NCBI GenBank assembly: GCA_964016885.1
Contig: OZ024740.1
Span: 396,242,001-396,306,000, forward strand
Length of the DNA: 64,000 bases
Source: Eledone cirrhosa
Taxonomy: Eukaryota
Reading direction: 5' to 3'
The notes beneath the pieces are model-generated. The model was not told the origin of the DNA and made no database searches. It was given only the letters and a program-made list of their open reading frames with translations. Each line of letters opens with the position of its first letter. Position 1 is the first letter of the stretch. The translations under genes were made by a program, and so were the position numbers. Below are positions 36,520-51,954 of this stretch, piece by piece.

Positions 36520-37230
36520 AAAAGGAATAGGGCGATATTCCATATTGTGCACCTGGTGTATGTTATGGACACAGGAAATGTAAAGGGATCACAAGCAGAA
36601 TAACAAAAAAAGTAGACTTCATATTCACAGGAGCAGTTAGCCCTAAAAGCACAAGAAAAATAGATTCTCTTAAATGTTTGTCCACCTCTATAGAATTAGT
36701 TGACAGGTTTCGTTCTCTAGGCGACCTAATCAGCAGTAGAGGTGGGTGTTCTAAAAGCATAATAGTTAGAGAAAGAACTTATTGGCAGCAGCAAATTTCG
36801 CTCAGAATGATGAGCAAATTGTATACAAAATGCAAAACTGCATGATAGTATAATAAAACTGCAAAGATTGGGAAAAAGTGAAGTGAGCATGTTCCAGTGG
36901 ATGTGTAATGTTAGTGTGTATGAATGATGGATCAGAAACGAACTGAGGAAAAAAATAAGGTATAAGAGGAATCAGATAAAGTGTGCAAGGGAGAAGATTG
37001 CACTGGTGTGGTCATGTGATGCATTTGGAATAAAGAAGTGCAGGGCACTCAATGTGGGTGTAACCTGCAGTAGAGAAAGACCAAGGAAAACATGGAATGA
37101 AGTGCTGAAAACTGATTTAAAGAAGCTAGACCTCACAGAGATGACAAAGAACTACATTGATTAGTAACAATGCAGGAAAAGACTTGCCTTCACATGCAAA
37201 CATGGTAAAACAAATCTTAAAATAATGATG
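36520..37230 (+). mobile_element. Old degenerate copy related to the PHD-containing RTE family
   Basis: Remnants of IG..SI.C..C.LWTQEM, DRFRSLGDLISSRGGCS and RERPRKTWNE, with a (GAT)n-like end. Confidence 0.7.
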
Positions 37231-37751
37231 CTAGGAGGTATATCTGTAGCAGTAATTTGATGTTCTCGATAGAATTTCTTTCACACTATCAAGTAGCCAC
37301 AAATAAAATAACCTTTGGTGGCCTCAGATTAGTTTCCATTGTGAATCGGTTTAATTGCCAATATATCTGAGATTTTGACATATCAAACAGCCATCTGCTT
37401 TGTCTTGTGTTCTGGAGACAGAGTGAGCGATAGTGGTAAAAAAGCTGGTCCCCAGAGTTGATCCAAGCAGTTAAGATGTAGTCCACTGTCTTACACAGAC
37501 CCCTTTGTGTCTCTCGCCCTCTTTTGCTGTCAGGCCAACAAAATTTTTCGCATTACAGAAGTATGGTAAATAACATCTTATAAATCAGTACACACATGCC
37601 TACACTACAACAACTTAATACTTGTTTTGTTACATTGTCAACATTAAATTAATAAATATATTTAAGTAATAGTTGATAGTAAGCTAAGTTTAATGAGTTA
37701 TTCTGGTTTTTTGTTTCTTTCGAGAAAACTCTAAAGTTCATTGCCTTTTAT

Positions 37752-38013
37752 CATCATTTCATCATTTCATTTTACGTCTGCTTTTTCCCTGCTTGCAAGG
37801 GTGGGACGGGAACTGATTCTGGCTTGATTTCTACAGCTGGATGCCCTTCCTAACACCAACCTCATTTACAGTGAGTGCTGGGTACTTTTTTGCTGTGGCA
37901 CCTCCACGACCACTATACAGTGGAATGATACGGACACCAGTCCCTATCATCTCATTTCTACAGCTGAGTAAACTGGAGCAATGTGAAATAAAGTGTCTTG
38001 CTCAAGGAAACAA
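37752..38013 (-). mobile_element. 5'-truncated CORE-SINE with RTE tail
   Basis: Close to the reverse complement of 38945-39246. Confidence 0.7.
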
Positions 38014-38573
38014 CCTGATTATATATCAAAGTAGGACAACAAATATAATAATTGTTTCTACTTTGGGCACAAGGCCAGCAATTACTCAGTGTATTACTGG
38101 TACTTTATTTTATCGACCCCGTAAGGATGAAAGGCAAAGTTAACCTTGGCGGGATTTGAACTCAGAATGATTTCAATTTAATAGTCATATTAATAAAAAT
38201 ATCTTAGCAAATTATCTAGTATATTTTGTAAGCATTAAGAAAATATTTTATTTCATCTTCAACTTATCTAAAGGAAATCTAGGAATTTCATTCATGAAAT
38301 GTTTTCTTAAAACAAGATTATGTTTGGTTTGTGGAGTCAGTTTGTTTTTGAATATAATTTCATAATATTGTTTTATAAACTATTTATCTGCAACTTGGTG
38401 TTGACTTCATAAATTTATAAAAATAATTTCTCGCTATTACTTTAGTTGTAGATATGCTGATATTCCTTTGTATTTCCTTATTTCATTAATAGTATTGAAA
38501 TATTGGAGAGCTTGTATGTGGTCACTGTTGTATCTTTATATATTAAATTCATTAAATATGGAAAAATAGCATC

Positions 38574-38610
<37 letters not shown>

Positions 38611-38775
38611 AAAGAATAGAGGTGTAACACACAAGTTATTATATATTGGTAAACGGAATAGAAAATGCTGACAAATTGTTCACAGTTGAAAAATGGTTTA
38701 ATTAGGAATAAAAGAGTATTAGTGATTGTATGGGTTAGTATTCAGTTGTGGTTTTAAGTTTTTAAGTTTTTACCG

Positions 38776-38907
38776 GTTGCGCATTTCTAAATGCTTTTCA
38801 AAAATAATTTTGAGATAGAGTGTCCGTGCTGTTTGCTCTGATCAGAGCAAACAGCACGGACACTCTATCTCAAAATTATTTTTGAAAAGCATTTAGAAAT
38901 GCGCAAC
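38776..38907. repeat. Perfect 132-bp palindrome (66-bp arms, no spacer)
   Basis: gttgcgcatttc...gctctga|tcagagc...gaaatgcgcaac. The arms are exact reverse complements centred between 38841 and 38842. Confidence 0.97.
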
Positions 38908-38908
38908 G

Positions 38909-39246
38909 AAAGGTTGTGAGTTCAATTCTCAGACTGGGTGATGTGTTGTTTCCTTGAGCAAGACACTTTATTTCACTTTGCTCCAGTTTACTCAGCTGTA
39001 GAAATGAGATGATAGGACTGAGGTCCCTATCATTCCACTGCAAAGTGGTCGTGGGGGTGCCACGGCAAAAAAGCACCCAGCCCACACTGTAAAGTGGACG
39101 TGTAGGCACCACGGAAAAAAAGCACCCACCACTCACTGTAAATGAGGTTGGTGTTAGGAAGGGCATCCAACTGTAGAAATCAAGCCAGAATCAGTTCCCG
39201 TCCAACCCTTGCATGCAGGGAAAAGCAGATGTAAAATGATGATGAT
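38909..39246 (+). mobile_element. CORE-SINE with RTE-derived 3' tail; A box missing
   Basis: B box gttcaattc, CORE-like ccttgagcaagacactttatttcac..ctcagctgtagaaatgag, tail ggtgttaggaagggcatccaactgtagaaa...(tga)n. Confidence 0.75.
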
Positions 39247-40736
39247 TTAAGTAGTGATCTAGTAATCATGTTTTATTTGTTCATTCAACAGTATTTTACA
39301 CACCACTTTTTATGGGACAGACCCACTTTATACATAATCTCCCATCAAGCCAACAATATTACAACTACATCTGTCACACCAATTTGAACAATAATACCCA
39401 ATTCTTCACATGCTGCATTTACAATATCTCTACAACCAAAATACTCCATTTGCTACATATCTACATTTGGATCTCCTGCTGAATATGTCCCTCTTAAGTC
39501 ATGTCTACTGCACCATAATGCCCAAGTAACTTAAGGGTGGCATTAGATCTGTCTGATGCTCCTACCCACTTTCCTATTTGATCCACTAAGCTGCCCACAT
39601 AACTAGGGATGTTTCTAGCCCTGTCCATATTTAATTCCTTTCACCTGTCACTAACCTTTTCAGTCAACTTCTTTTCCTCATTATGGCAGCTATGTATGAC
39701 ATATTGCATCAGCTCCATTTATATCCTGAATACATCCTACCACCACCCTCTATATGCTGCCAACCATCACACCACCTCCCTAAAGCCACTTCTCATTAAC
39801 ATACATCACTCTCTCCTACCACACATCACTTGCACTCTCTTCCCTACTCCACAATGCTTCTCTCCTATTCTTTACTCTCCTCTATTAAACCCTCCTATAC
39901 TATCTCTTTCCCTCCCTCCCTTCTTTGCACCCCCTCAATCCAATACACTCAAACTCTCCTATTACACTCCACTCACTTTAACATGCAAATTGAGAAGATA
40001 TTTGGTAACTAATTTTTAATTGTCACAGTTAAAATGCAAATTTCTTGAAGTAAAACATTAGTTAATATAACTTTCGCTCTTCAGTAATATCCCAAATTCG
40101 ATCCCACTGCGATATATCTTGAGGCAAGTGTCTTTTATCAGAGGCTCAGGTCTACATCAACCTTTTCAGTGCAGTACAATAGAGAGTAATGTAATTCAAA
40201 AGTACAATCTTATTATAAGCTGTGCTTCAAATTCAGAACGAGAATATCCGTCAAGGATATAAGTGTCTATGGAATACTCATCTACTTACTAATTTAATGA
40301 TTTGGTTGTTCAGTTGATCGAACAACTGAAATATTTACCGTTTAAACCGACAGAAATCAATTTAATTTGTTTAAACCATTCTATACTGTGAATATAAAAT
40401 GAATGGAGCTCGCGTCAGTTTCGACCAACGTGGGTTCCAGTTGTTCCATGAACGGAACAATTGCATAAGTGATTAAATATTCTGCACCCTTTAACGCAAA
40501 ATTTATGTCGTCATTTTATTATTTAAATTGTTAAATTGTTAAAATAAAGTACCAGTAATACACTGAGATAATTGCTGGCCTTGTGCCAAAAGTAGAAACA
40601 ATTATTTAAATTGTTAAAAAAAGTGAAAAAGACGCTGACATTAAATGGATCCGAGTTTTTGAAATGTGTGAGTGTGTGCATATGTATAATCATCATCATC
40701 GTTTTACGTCCGCTTTTCTATGTTTACATGCGTTGG

Positions 40737-40774
<38 letters not shown>

Positions 40775-40899
40775 ATGTGTTTATGCAGGATATCCGTAGA
40801 TATATGACAAAAGAAAAACAATGCTCAATCTATTGCAAGAGAGCTTATTTAGTATTTTACTATGCCTGTTAAGTGTATGAAATTATATGTGTGTGTGTG

Positions 40900-41061
40900 C
40901 AGGGCCTCAAAGAGATTTCGCAAGGCAATACAAGACCCCTTTGGGGCCCGAAGCAAGCAAAGATTTTTCTCAAAATGGACGTTGCATGGTTGCTGTGGGG
41001 CCGTCTCAGCTCTTGGGCCCCGGAACAAAGTACCGGCTGGACTCCCCTCTCATAGGCCCTG
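40900..41061. mobile_element. Short hAT-like MITE inserted in a (GT)n tract
   Basis: TIR CAGGGCCT...AGGCCCTG. The 8-bp flanks tgtgtgtg / cgtgtgtg differ by one base. Confidence 0.65.
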
Positions 41062-42382
41062 CGTGTGTGTATGTATGTCTATAGTAATATGCACAATATG
41101 TATTTCAAATATTCATTTTAATGAATATTTGACTAGAGATTCACGATTAAAGTGATATTTTCTGCATTTCTCTCACATTTAAGAGATTGCTTTAACAGAG
41201 AAATGCCAAAAACGTCACTTTAATAGAGAAGCGTGGCATATTGTTTTTCGTTGGCGAATACAATGATTTTAATTCAAGATTATTAAAAATAAAGTTAATG
41301 GCTTTTAATTTAGGGGAAAGGGAAGTCAATTATACCGAATCTGTACTTTACTACAACATTTTATCAAAAGACAAAGTTGACCTTGGTAGGATTTGAACTC
41401 AGAGTATAAAGGGCTGTGACTAAATGCCGCAAACGCCCCTAACGACTCTGACAATCTACCGCCCTCAAAATACAAAGTTAATAAGGACTTTTGAAGTTTC
41501 GTTATGAATTAGAATTGATTATTATTTAATTTTTCAAGAGAACATGACATTATATCAGTGGTGTAGCCAAGCACTCTCAGCGTCTTGGGGATGGGTGGGT
41601 ACTTTCGATGTCCCCACCATGGCACGATAGATTAAATTGTATGCCCTTTCATACTGTAAATGATTAAACATCTAATAGTATCAATCATCTCCAATACAAC
41701 CATTTTTTTAATAGGTTTGAAATGTTTAGACCATTTTAGGTTAGAACAAACGGGACAGGATGAGGTAAATTAGAGGTTCCCGAACTAAACAGCTTCACAA
41801 CAATGGTGACATAGAAAGACTTCAAAATATTTAAAGATTACAAAATACAGACAAGTTGCAATCATGTCTCTGTGTGGTTATTCAACCTGCTAGAAATAAC
41901 AGCTAAATTTACTTCAAATGACCCTACAGTCTTAAGAAAAAGGAGCACATATTAGATAATGTCGTCCTACATATACTATGTCTGAACAAGATGGGATTGC
42001 CATGGCAAGAATGTCTTTGAGAATATAAATCTGCTCAGTCGGGACTGACCATGGGCTAAAAAAAAAAAACAGCAATTTGTCGCAATTGAGTAATTCAGAG
42101 ACGTTTTCATTAGACGCTTGGTTACAGGTTCAGCGTTCACAACAAGTTCATTTGAAACCGTTCAACAGTCATCGGCTTCTTTGATTGGCTAGTTGTTATT
42201 AGTTAGTTTAGTAATCAGACGACCGTTGTCCAACTCTACTGTCCACATATTACGCCATCTCTGTTTTGGCTTTTACCCCACACACTTTTTATCAAGTTAC
42301 TGGTCGTTTTTGTGGCGCGATATTTCCTTTCCCCCAAATCTGAACTTTTATACTTTCATCCTTGCACGCACGTGTCACCATC

Positions 42383-42385
42383 ATG
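42383..42385 (+). CDS. TUBA: Alpha-tubulin exon 1 (ATG only)
   Basis: caccatcATG|GTaagt: good Kozak context and a consensus donor. An intron after codon 1 is the conserved metazoan alpha-tubulin pattern. Confidence 0.75.
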
Positions 42386-45300
42386 GTAAGTTGTTTGCTT
42401 TTTTTCTCTTCATTTATTGAATCATTCATTGCCTCTGATCAAATCCTTCATTTGTCCTCTTTCATTTCAAAGACCTTTTTCATTCATAGAATTTTAGTTA
42501 TATATTGATGAAGCATTACAAATATAATAAAATATAACAGAACCTTGCATTCAGCTTATTGCAAAAGCATAATTCATTTTTATTAAAAAACAAATAAGCT
42601 AAAGTTTATTTGAATTTGTTCTTAAAACCGTTATTTTGTTAAGAGGTTCAGCTTCACTTGGCATTTCTTTTTTGTTACGTTTGTACCAAATCTTAGATTT
42701 CTGCTTTTTGTATTTTTCCCAGATGAAAAACATCAAACATTTAAAAGAGCAAATTTTAAAGTCAAAGTAGATACAGGGCAATGTAATTTGTTTTTAATGT
42801 TAATACACATATTTGAAAAAAATACTTCTGGAGTACGCCAATCAATTTGCGATCACATTCAATATGTTGGGTGATCAGTGAGATTTCCAGCTTCAAAATT
42901 TTGACTATTGCTTTCTGTAAATCTTATGCAATTTGTATTCCAATATAAAGCTCATTTGTCATTAAATACACTGAGCCAACGCGAACCCCTATCTGGTCAT
43001 TTGACCTACTACTAGAAATAGCCGCCGAATCTCATTCAAATCGCACCCCACCACCTTGGAAAAAGAGGAGACATTAGACAGTTTAGTCTTAGATAAACAA
43101 AAATATTGAATTGTCATGGCTGGAAGGCCGAGGGCACGTAGTCGTTCGATTTGCTAAAAATAGCGATCAAATTATCCTCAATCTCAATGTCTTAAAGGAA
43201 ACATTGGACGATTTAGTCTTGCTGGAGGTTACTGGATCAGATGTGACTTAGAGCAAAATCAACTGCCATTGCCAACAAGATATGTTTTCTGCATCTCTAT
43301 TTTAAATATTCTTTCAATTCCACCAAAATACCAAATATGTCACATAATTTATTTAAAGAAGACTAGCTCCATTTTCTTCGATGCATGGATGTTTTGCATT
43401 GTTTGGTTAACTATAAAGTTTTGGACCAAAACTTTAAATGTCTTACGAAGAACGTATCTAAATTATCAAGAAAAGATGTTCTCATGACGACTTAGTAATT
43501 TTTAAGCGTTACTTTCTCTCTCATGACTTGAATTTCACGAGAAACTTGATTTGAATGTTTCCTTGATCTTAACTCCCTACACTACTTGACCGTTTCGTGT
43601 AAATCCTAACTAGTTATTTCAATATGGTATGTAACAATTTGAGATGTTTCTTAGAAACTTTATTGGAAATAATTATACTGATAAGGAATATTACATTGTC
43701 AATAAATATAATAAAGCAACGAGACTGCATCAATACTCTTACTGTCTCGTAAAGCTTGAAAAAAGCGGCCTAATTAAAAATGAAACCAGAATAATGTGAA
43801 ATGTAGAAATAACTTGGCTTTCTTGAATTACCGAAACAAAAAAATAAGGGTTTTACCATTTCATTACAAATGCAAACATATACAAAAAGGGTATTTCACT
43901 TGTGGGATACAAAGATGCAAATCTTAGCGTAGCTTTAGGCAAGATTTTCCTTTTTAGAACTTATATTCGTCTACTCTTCGTTTTGGGGCTAATATATTGG
44001 TGGGCGGCATTGACTGAAAAAGTGATGACGGGGAGCAAATCGGTATCGAAACATTCCCAAATAAATTATTGGGGAAGACATTTTCACAAATCTTTAATTA
44101 TATCGATTAAGATTTACAATGGAAAATCCGATGCTTTTCATTTTCATTCACTTTACTTTATATTTCTGCCAATTTATAAGGCCAAATACCCTACAAAAAT
44201 ACTGTGGTTGTAAATCCCCTAAACTTAAATCAGTTTCTGATTAAAATCATTTTAAACTTTTCATGAGAGCTAAGAGCTAAGGATGAACATTTTATTACAA
44301 ATGCAAACATTTATTTACAAAAAAACGTCTTCTCATAATTTATTCGTTTCGGTTCAGGAAATCCAAATTATTTTATGTAGTTTTCCATTATTGTTTCTTT
44401 TTTAATTACGACGCCTTTTTTCAAGTTTTACTCAAACGTCTATTCCCGCGTTTAATTTATTAATTTATTTTAAAAACTAAAATCTGATATGAATACTTTT
44501 CCCAAGGAGATTAAAAAACCCAAAAGGTCCCACAACAGTGAGGATATGTTTGTATAGCGATATTATGTAACTGGTATAAGATAACGTACTTCTTGAAATT
44601 TTAACTAGTATCAGTATAACGGACTTCTAAAAATTCTATATCTTATCATATCACTAATGACATTGCTGACTGTAGAGAAATAAGAATTCATTCTTCTAGA
44701 AAGTTGATACCATAAGAGGGCATCGAACTAAAGATGTTTTTGATTATTTAAAATTTTTTTATAATGTGCACCAATTGAGATACAATTCAGTCTCCTCCAT
44801 CGTATTGTGTTGTTCAGATTTTATAAGTATTCTTCAGACTGGGAAATGTACAGTTAGAAGTTTTGAAATCTAATCCAGACTCGGAAGAGAACACCTATTT
44901 GCTGGTAAATTGATTTAAGTGAAAATATATCTAGAAGGTTGATAATTTCTATCTTTAAGATCGTCGATTGTTTCAGCTGGATATTTGTATATCAGAGTTG
45001 GGAAATTGTACACTTTCGTAATTGGTGTCAATTGGTCACTCACGTGCATTGAATCGCCTCTAGTTGAAGTGGACATCTTTACATAATAAATCCATAAGAG
45101 ATTTACTTTTCTTACACCACTCGATTGGCTTGTGTGGTTAATGTTCCACAAATAACCTTGATTTATGTAGTTTAAAGCTTCTAGAATGAAAATAGAAAAT
45201 AAGTTGGTTGAAATATAGGGCCTATTTGAAGATAGTATCTCTGCGCCTTATATAATAAATGTACTGGGATACACAGAGCCATATTTAGACCTTGGGGTGG

Positions 45301-46371
45301 GTGGCAGCGCTGTTCCTTGAGGGAGCCATGTTAAAAGAGGGATGCCCAAGGAATCCCTCCCTTCCCGATAAATCCGATCCTGGAAAGACAGCTGAGATCC
45401 TGGAACTTACTAACTGGAAGGTTTTTCAATGCATCAGAATGATAATCATTGCGTGTAAAGTACATGGACAATTTGAGATAGATTTCTAGACTTATAAGCA
45501 CGAATCGGTGATCCATTAGAGAATTAATATTTTGGGACTTATGAAATTATGTCTGCGCGCCAAAAGAAAAAAAAAGACATTTAATTAACAAAATAATGAA
45601 GCTTGGTTTAAATTTTATTTGTATGAGTTTTATTTCGAGATAAATTACAATTTGCCTGGTTTTATTTTCTTTCATCAACGTTTTTTAGTTTTAGATTATT
45701 TTTATTTTTACATTCATGTCACTCAGTTTTTATTTATAACAAATATGGCCTCTCGTCAGATATGTTCCATCCTTACATTGGAAAGCTGTTTTATTTCTCC
45801 ATATTTTTTACACAAAAAATCAAATGTACCTTTCCTTTTCGCTTGAATTTAAAGAGCTAAACAAGTCACTTTTAATTATTATATTACTGGACTTCGTAAT
45901 AATTAAATTAGTATATTTTTGAAGAAAATAATCGTAAGATTATAGGATTAAATGTTTATTTTTTACCTATCTTTTTATTTGTTTCTATTTCGATCTCTAT
46001 TCGTCTGTTTATCAATTGTATGTATTAAAAATACAGCAAATATACAAGTGAAGCCAGACATCGTTACTCAAAACCAAGACCAACGCTGACCGTTAGATAT
46101 ACCAAACGCTGGCCAAGGAAGTGTCAGAAGCAAATGTCAACAACAACTATAAGCAATGAACAAATGGATGTGGAGACTTTGTTTTTTTTCCACTGGCGTT
46201 GTGTTGTATTACAAACCACATGGAAAGAATGTCGGATGTTGGGATATGGTGTGCAGTTCCAAGATTTAATCATGTCATTCAAGATTAAATGAAGTGGTGA
46301 AAACAAAGTGTGATATTACTACAAATAACTCTTCTGTTTTTAATCTACATGTTTATAATTTATATCTCTAG

Positions 46372-46617
<246 letters not shown>

Positions 46618-47695
46618 TAAGTAAGATTATATTATTTATCACTTTTTGAAATAAGTGAAGGAAGGCAATATTGACTTCAAGATTTGAACATGTATGAAAC
46701 ACCAAACTAGATGATCATGAAGGGTTTTGTCGTTTCTACTGTCTGATTTATTTCACCAGCAAAAGTTACTGGGAAATTGTAATCACAATCTTTTTCAAAT
46801 GGAAGCAGTTTTAATGGAAAATCTAGTCATGGGCGTGGTTGTTACTATCACTTAGATATAAGTTTCTATTTATTTGAATATCACTTGTAAACAATAACCT
46901 TGTTGGCTACAGGTTTCTAATGGTACTCTGAGTATAAGCTGGTGAGATTAACAACACATTATAAAACCACTAAGCACTTATTTTGAAAGAACTAGTTTAT
47001 CAGTTTTCTCACTAATGTTTACATCTCTCACCTAACCATACTTACAAACACTTTACAGTAGTGATCAACTGGAGGCCATGGTAGAACACACTTGCAACCA
47101 AATAGTTGAAAAGCAAGCATCTTAATTATGCAGTCATAGTAGGGGAAATGGAGAATTGTGATGTTCATTTTCTAAAGGGTAACATTTAATGTAATATGAG
47201 AATTTCTTTTTGTAAGGAACATAAATAATTACAGCATAGTATAAAATTAATTAAATCAGAAAGACCAAATTGATTTGACCATAGTGGGATTTGAATGAGA
47301 GTATAGGAAAAAATTAGTTCTGTAAGCCATTTAGTGCAATGTCATAACTGATGTATGACTATCTTTATACTGGACCATAACAGTGTACTCATGTAATTAT
47401 ATGCTGTTTTGGCACATTCACCATCATTTTGGAAGGTTTTTTTCTTCTACCATTAAGTGTTTTATTTATTTTACACTATATAAATGAAAGGGGTTTTCAT
47501 TGTCAACATCTTCAATTTTTCTTCTCACAGAAGTACTAGTGAAATATTTAGATATGAGGTATTTCCCTACTTTCTTCATCCTCTAGTGATAATATAAGTT
47601 CACGTGTGAATTAGGAATCCAATGTCATTTACTGATTCTTATTAGTTGCATCTACTATGAGGTGTTTTATATTTTGTTTTCCTCTTTAGAAATAA

Positions 47696-48868
<1,173 letters not shown>

Positions 48869-50496
48869 AAGCAAAATGTTGAATGTTAAAGTATTTCTTA
48901 CATATCCACTATACTTTGAGTTTATGGATTGAAAATTTGATTAAAATATTTTCCAACTTGCTCAGCCTAAGCCTTGATACTTATATTTCAGTGAAAATAT
49001 TTGCGGTATTTTATAATACTTCTGAAACAAAATCATAATCTTAGATTTTAACTGTTGCATAACTATCTTTATTACAAAAACATTTTGAAAATTTGCAAAG
49101 ACTGTTTTAAAGTTTCATCTTGATAGAAACAAGGAATTCAATTTTTTGATCGTGGATTTTATTTTTAAAATGTAGCAATTCTTCTATTCAGTTGGTTTAA
49201 TCATTAGTGCCTCTGAAAGTTAGAAAAAACTACTTTCCTCTACTTGAAACAAAGAAAACATTGTTGTGTTGCATATTTTTCCTACTCATATGTATCAATT
49301 ATATTGTATTAATTTGAAAAATAAAAAAAAAAAAACGATTTTAAACTACTTAATGCTGCATAATATTCAAACTGCAAAATGACAATAATTAAGAACTAAC
49401 AAAGCAATATATATGATGAAAGAAAGCCTCTATGTGGTTGTTTGACCTAAAGATTGTCAAATTTCCCTCTGAATAAGGAAATGCCACATTAATAATGTAG
49501 GGCTCAATTCTTTTTGTCTTTTTTAAGGATTAATAATTGCAAGTATACTTTTGATCAGAAGGCTGAACAACAAAACGTTACTGAAGGTTTTGGATGTAAA
49601 GATTTTCACAAAAGCAGAATAAAACTGGGAAATCTAGCTCATTCATGGCTATATTTCTGATAAAGAAAACTACCTGGGTGTTTCAGTTTTCAAATTTGGA
49701 GGGATTTAGAGAAATAACTAATTTTATCTATATTTTTGGTATATTATGCTGATACATCGCAGAGTTTTTAGAGCATTAGATGAAATGCTTTAGTATTTGT
49801 TCCATCTCTGTAATTAAATTCCACCAAAGTCAACTTTGCAATTCATCTTTGTGGGGGTTGATAAAAAGTACTAGTCCAAGGGTGGTGGATTAGAAATGTT
49901 TGTGTCAGATGGAAAGTTTGTTGTATCAGTTTTGAGTTCAAATCTTGCTTTCGGTCACTGGTAAAGCAGTGATACTTCTGTCAGGAGTTGATATCATCTG
50001 TGAAAACAATTTTCTTGGCCATATCTGACAATTGGCTCTTTTCTTTTTGGAATACATCTATTTAAATCTCATGGTATTATGTATTAAAATTTAAAGCAAG
50101 ATGCTTTAATATATTTCAATTAATTAATGAAGACTTTTGTGGGATTACTAAGATAGTAAACATCATTTTCATATAAAATTATGTTGGGAAATCCAGAGCC
50201 AGGTTGGTATTTGAAAGGGTTAAAAAGAGATTCAACATTATTAGTGCATTATACAATTGTATTTCCAAACTGTTATAGAAAGTATGATCTAAAAAAAAAA
50301 TGGTCACAGAATTGGTAAGTCATCTAGAAAAGATGTTGGGCCAGCGAGCATGCAATTTTTGTGTTAGAAAGCTGATCCATTAACCCCAAGGAAAAGGTTG
50401 CGTACTGTTAACTAATTAAAAGTATTGCTTTATTTTCTGAAATATTTTTTTATGATTGTTACTTCAGGGACAAATTCCCAGAAATGTTTCAATAAT

Positions 50497-50683
50497 TAAT
50501 TGTTTCTACTTTTGGCACAAGGCCAGTAATTACCCAGTGCATTAATGGTACTTTATTTTATCGACCCCGTAAGGATGAAAGGCAAAGTTAACCTCGGCGA
50601 GATTTGAACTCAGAATGGCAAGGGCCGTAACTATGCGTCAAAGCATGGCGTCCGACTCTCTACCGATACTGCCAATCTCCCCT
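50497..50683 (-). mobile_element. Full-length Meta-like SINE copy
   Basis: Reverse complement of the 34430 family, flanked by the direct repeat ttcaataattaat (about 50488 and 50683), a likely target-site duplication. Confidence 0.8.
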
Positions 50684-50891
50684 TCAATAATTAATGAAAC
50701 TTCTTTTACTTCATTTGATGTAAGTGAAGTTCAGGATTCAGAATTTTGAAAGAAAAATATAAATTAGATTTCAGCATGGTATTCTGAATAAAGAGGATAA
50801 AATTCAATCAGTAATCTGTACCCTTGGTCCAAAATGTTATGATAGTTCACCTAGAAAGTATTTGCTTAAAAAGAAGCTGCAGCAAACTTAG

Positions 50892-50971
50892 AATTGCAGT
50901 TGGTTTTGCACCGAAGTTTCATGGGTTAAATAATTGCAGTTGATTTTGCACTGAAGTTTCATGGGTTAAAT
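50892..50971. repeat. Two-copy 40-bp tandem duplication
   Basis: aattgcagttgrttttgcacygaagtttcatgggttaaat x2. Confidence 0.85.
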
Positions 50972-51954
50972 ATAATTATTTTCAGAGAGCAATATCTAAT
51001 TTTAATTTGAAATTGCCCAATTCTATTACTTTAATTGCTGGATTTTATATAATATATAAGAATATTATATAATAACTAAAATATTACATTGTATGTACCA
51101 AAAAGGTAACTTTATGATTTTAAAAGCATATTCCAAATAGGGAAAGATTGCTCTGGAGAGATACTAAAGTGAAAAGATGTTTTAAAAAATGATGTTTCTT
51201 CTGAAAAGTTAAGCTTAAACTTTAATCTAGGTTAACTTTAAGATAACTTTGAATCATTGTTCTAAGATCTAAGCCATCCTCTTAAATCTTTTCCTTCAAC
51301 AATTCTAGATTTTCCTTATATAATTGAAAGTTTTTCATTTACTGACAATGTTCTCAATATCTTCTAAGAGTAAAGCTTCTCTTGTGAATATATATTTTTT
51401 TTTTAATTGTCATGATGTTATGTCCTTAATTTTTGTTTCAATATCTTTGACGTAGATAGCTGTTAAAGGACGATTACATAGTGTCCCAATGGTATTAGGA
51501 CCCTTAGCAAGCGTCTTACATTTGGCTACTCTCTAGAATCCCCATCAGCTTCCAGTTCTTGGCAAACTTTGACAACAACTGTGCAAGTTTCAGGAAGTGA
51601 GCAGAACAATCTCAAAATCACTGTTTTACCTTTATGCTTGCTGGGTTAGCTTGATGTTATCATTTATCAGGAAAAATGATAATCAGAAGTTATAAAATGA
51701 ACAATTAAAATATATGTCTTAGTTGGTCTTGCTTGGAGATGGTTACTTCTGATAAGACCCTCTGGAAGGCATATCTGAAGAAGGCCCTTCTCAAGAATAA
51801 GTGGGTGAAGAAAAAGGCCTTTAATTCACATTTCCATGGTTAAGGTAGTAACTGATCTCGGATTTTATACTTCTCTCTAAAACCTTAGTTTGTACAAGTT
51901 TGATGTTGAAAGATTGATAGGTTTCTTTTCATTTTATGATTGATCTAGTAAATA

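Noticed and set aside
45292-45420. GC-rich island with a small hairpin in tubulin intron 1
   Set aside because: I recognise no RNA or protein motif; a 7-bp stem is expected by chance.
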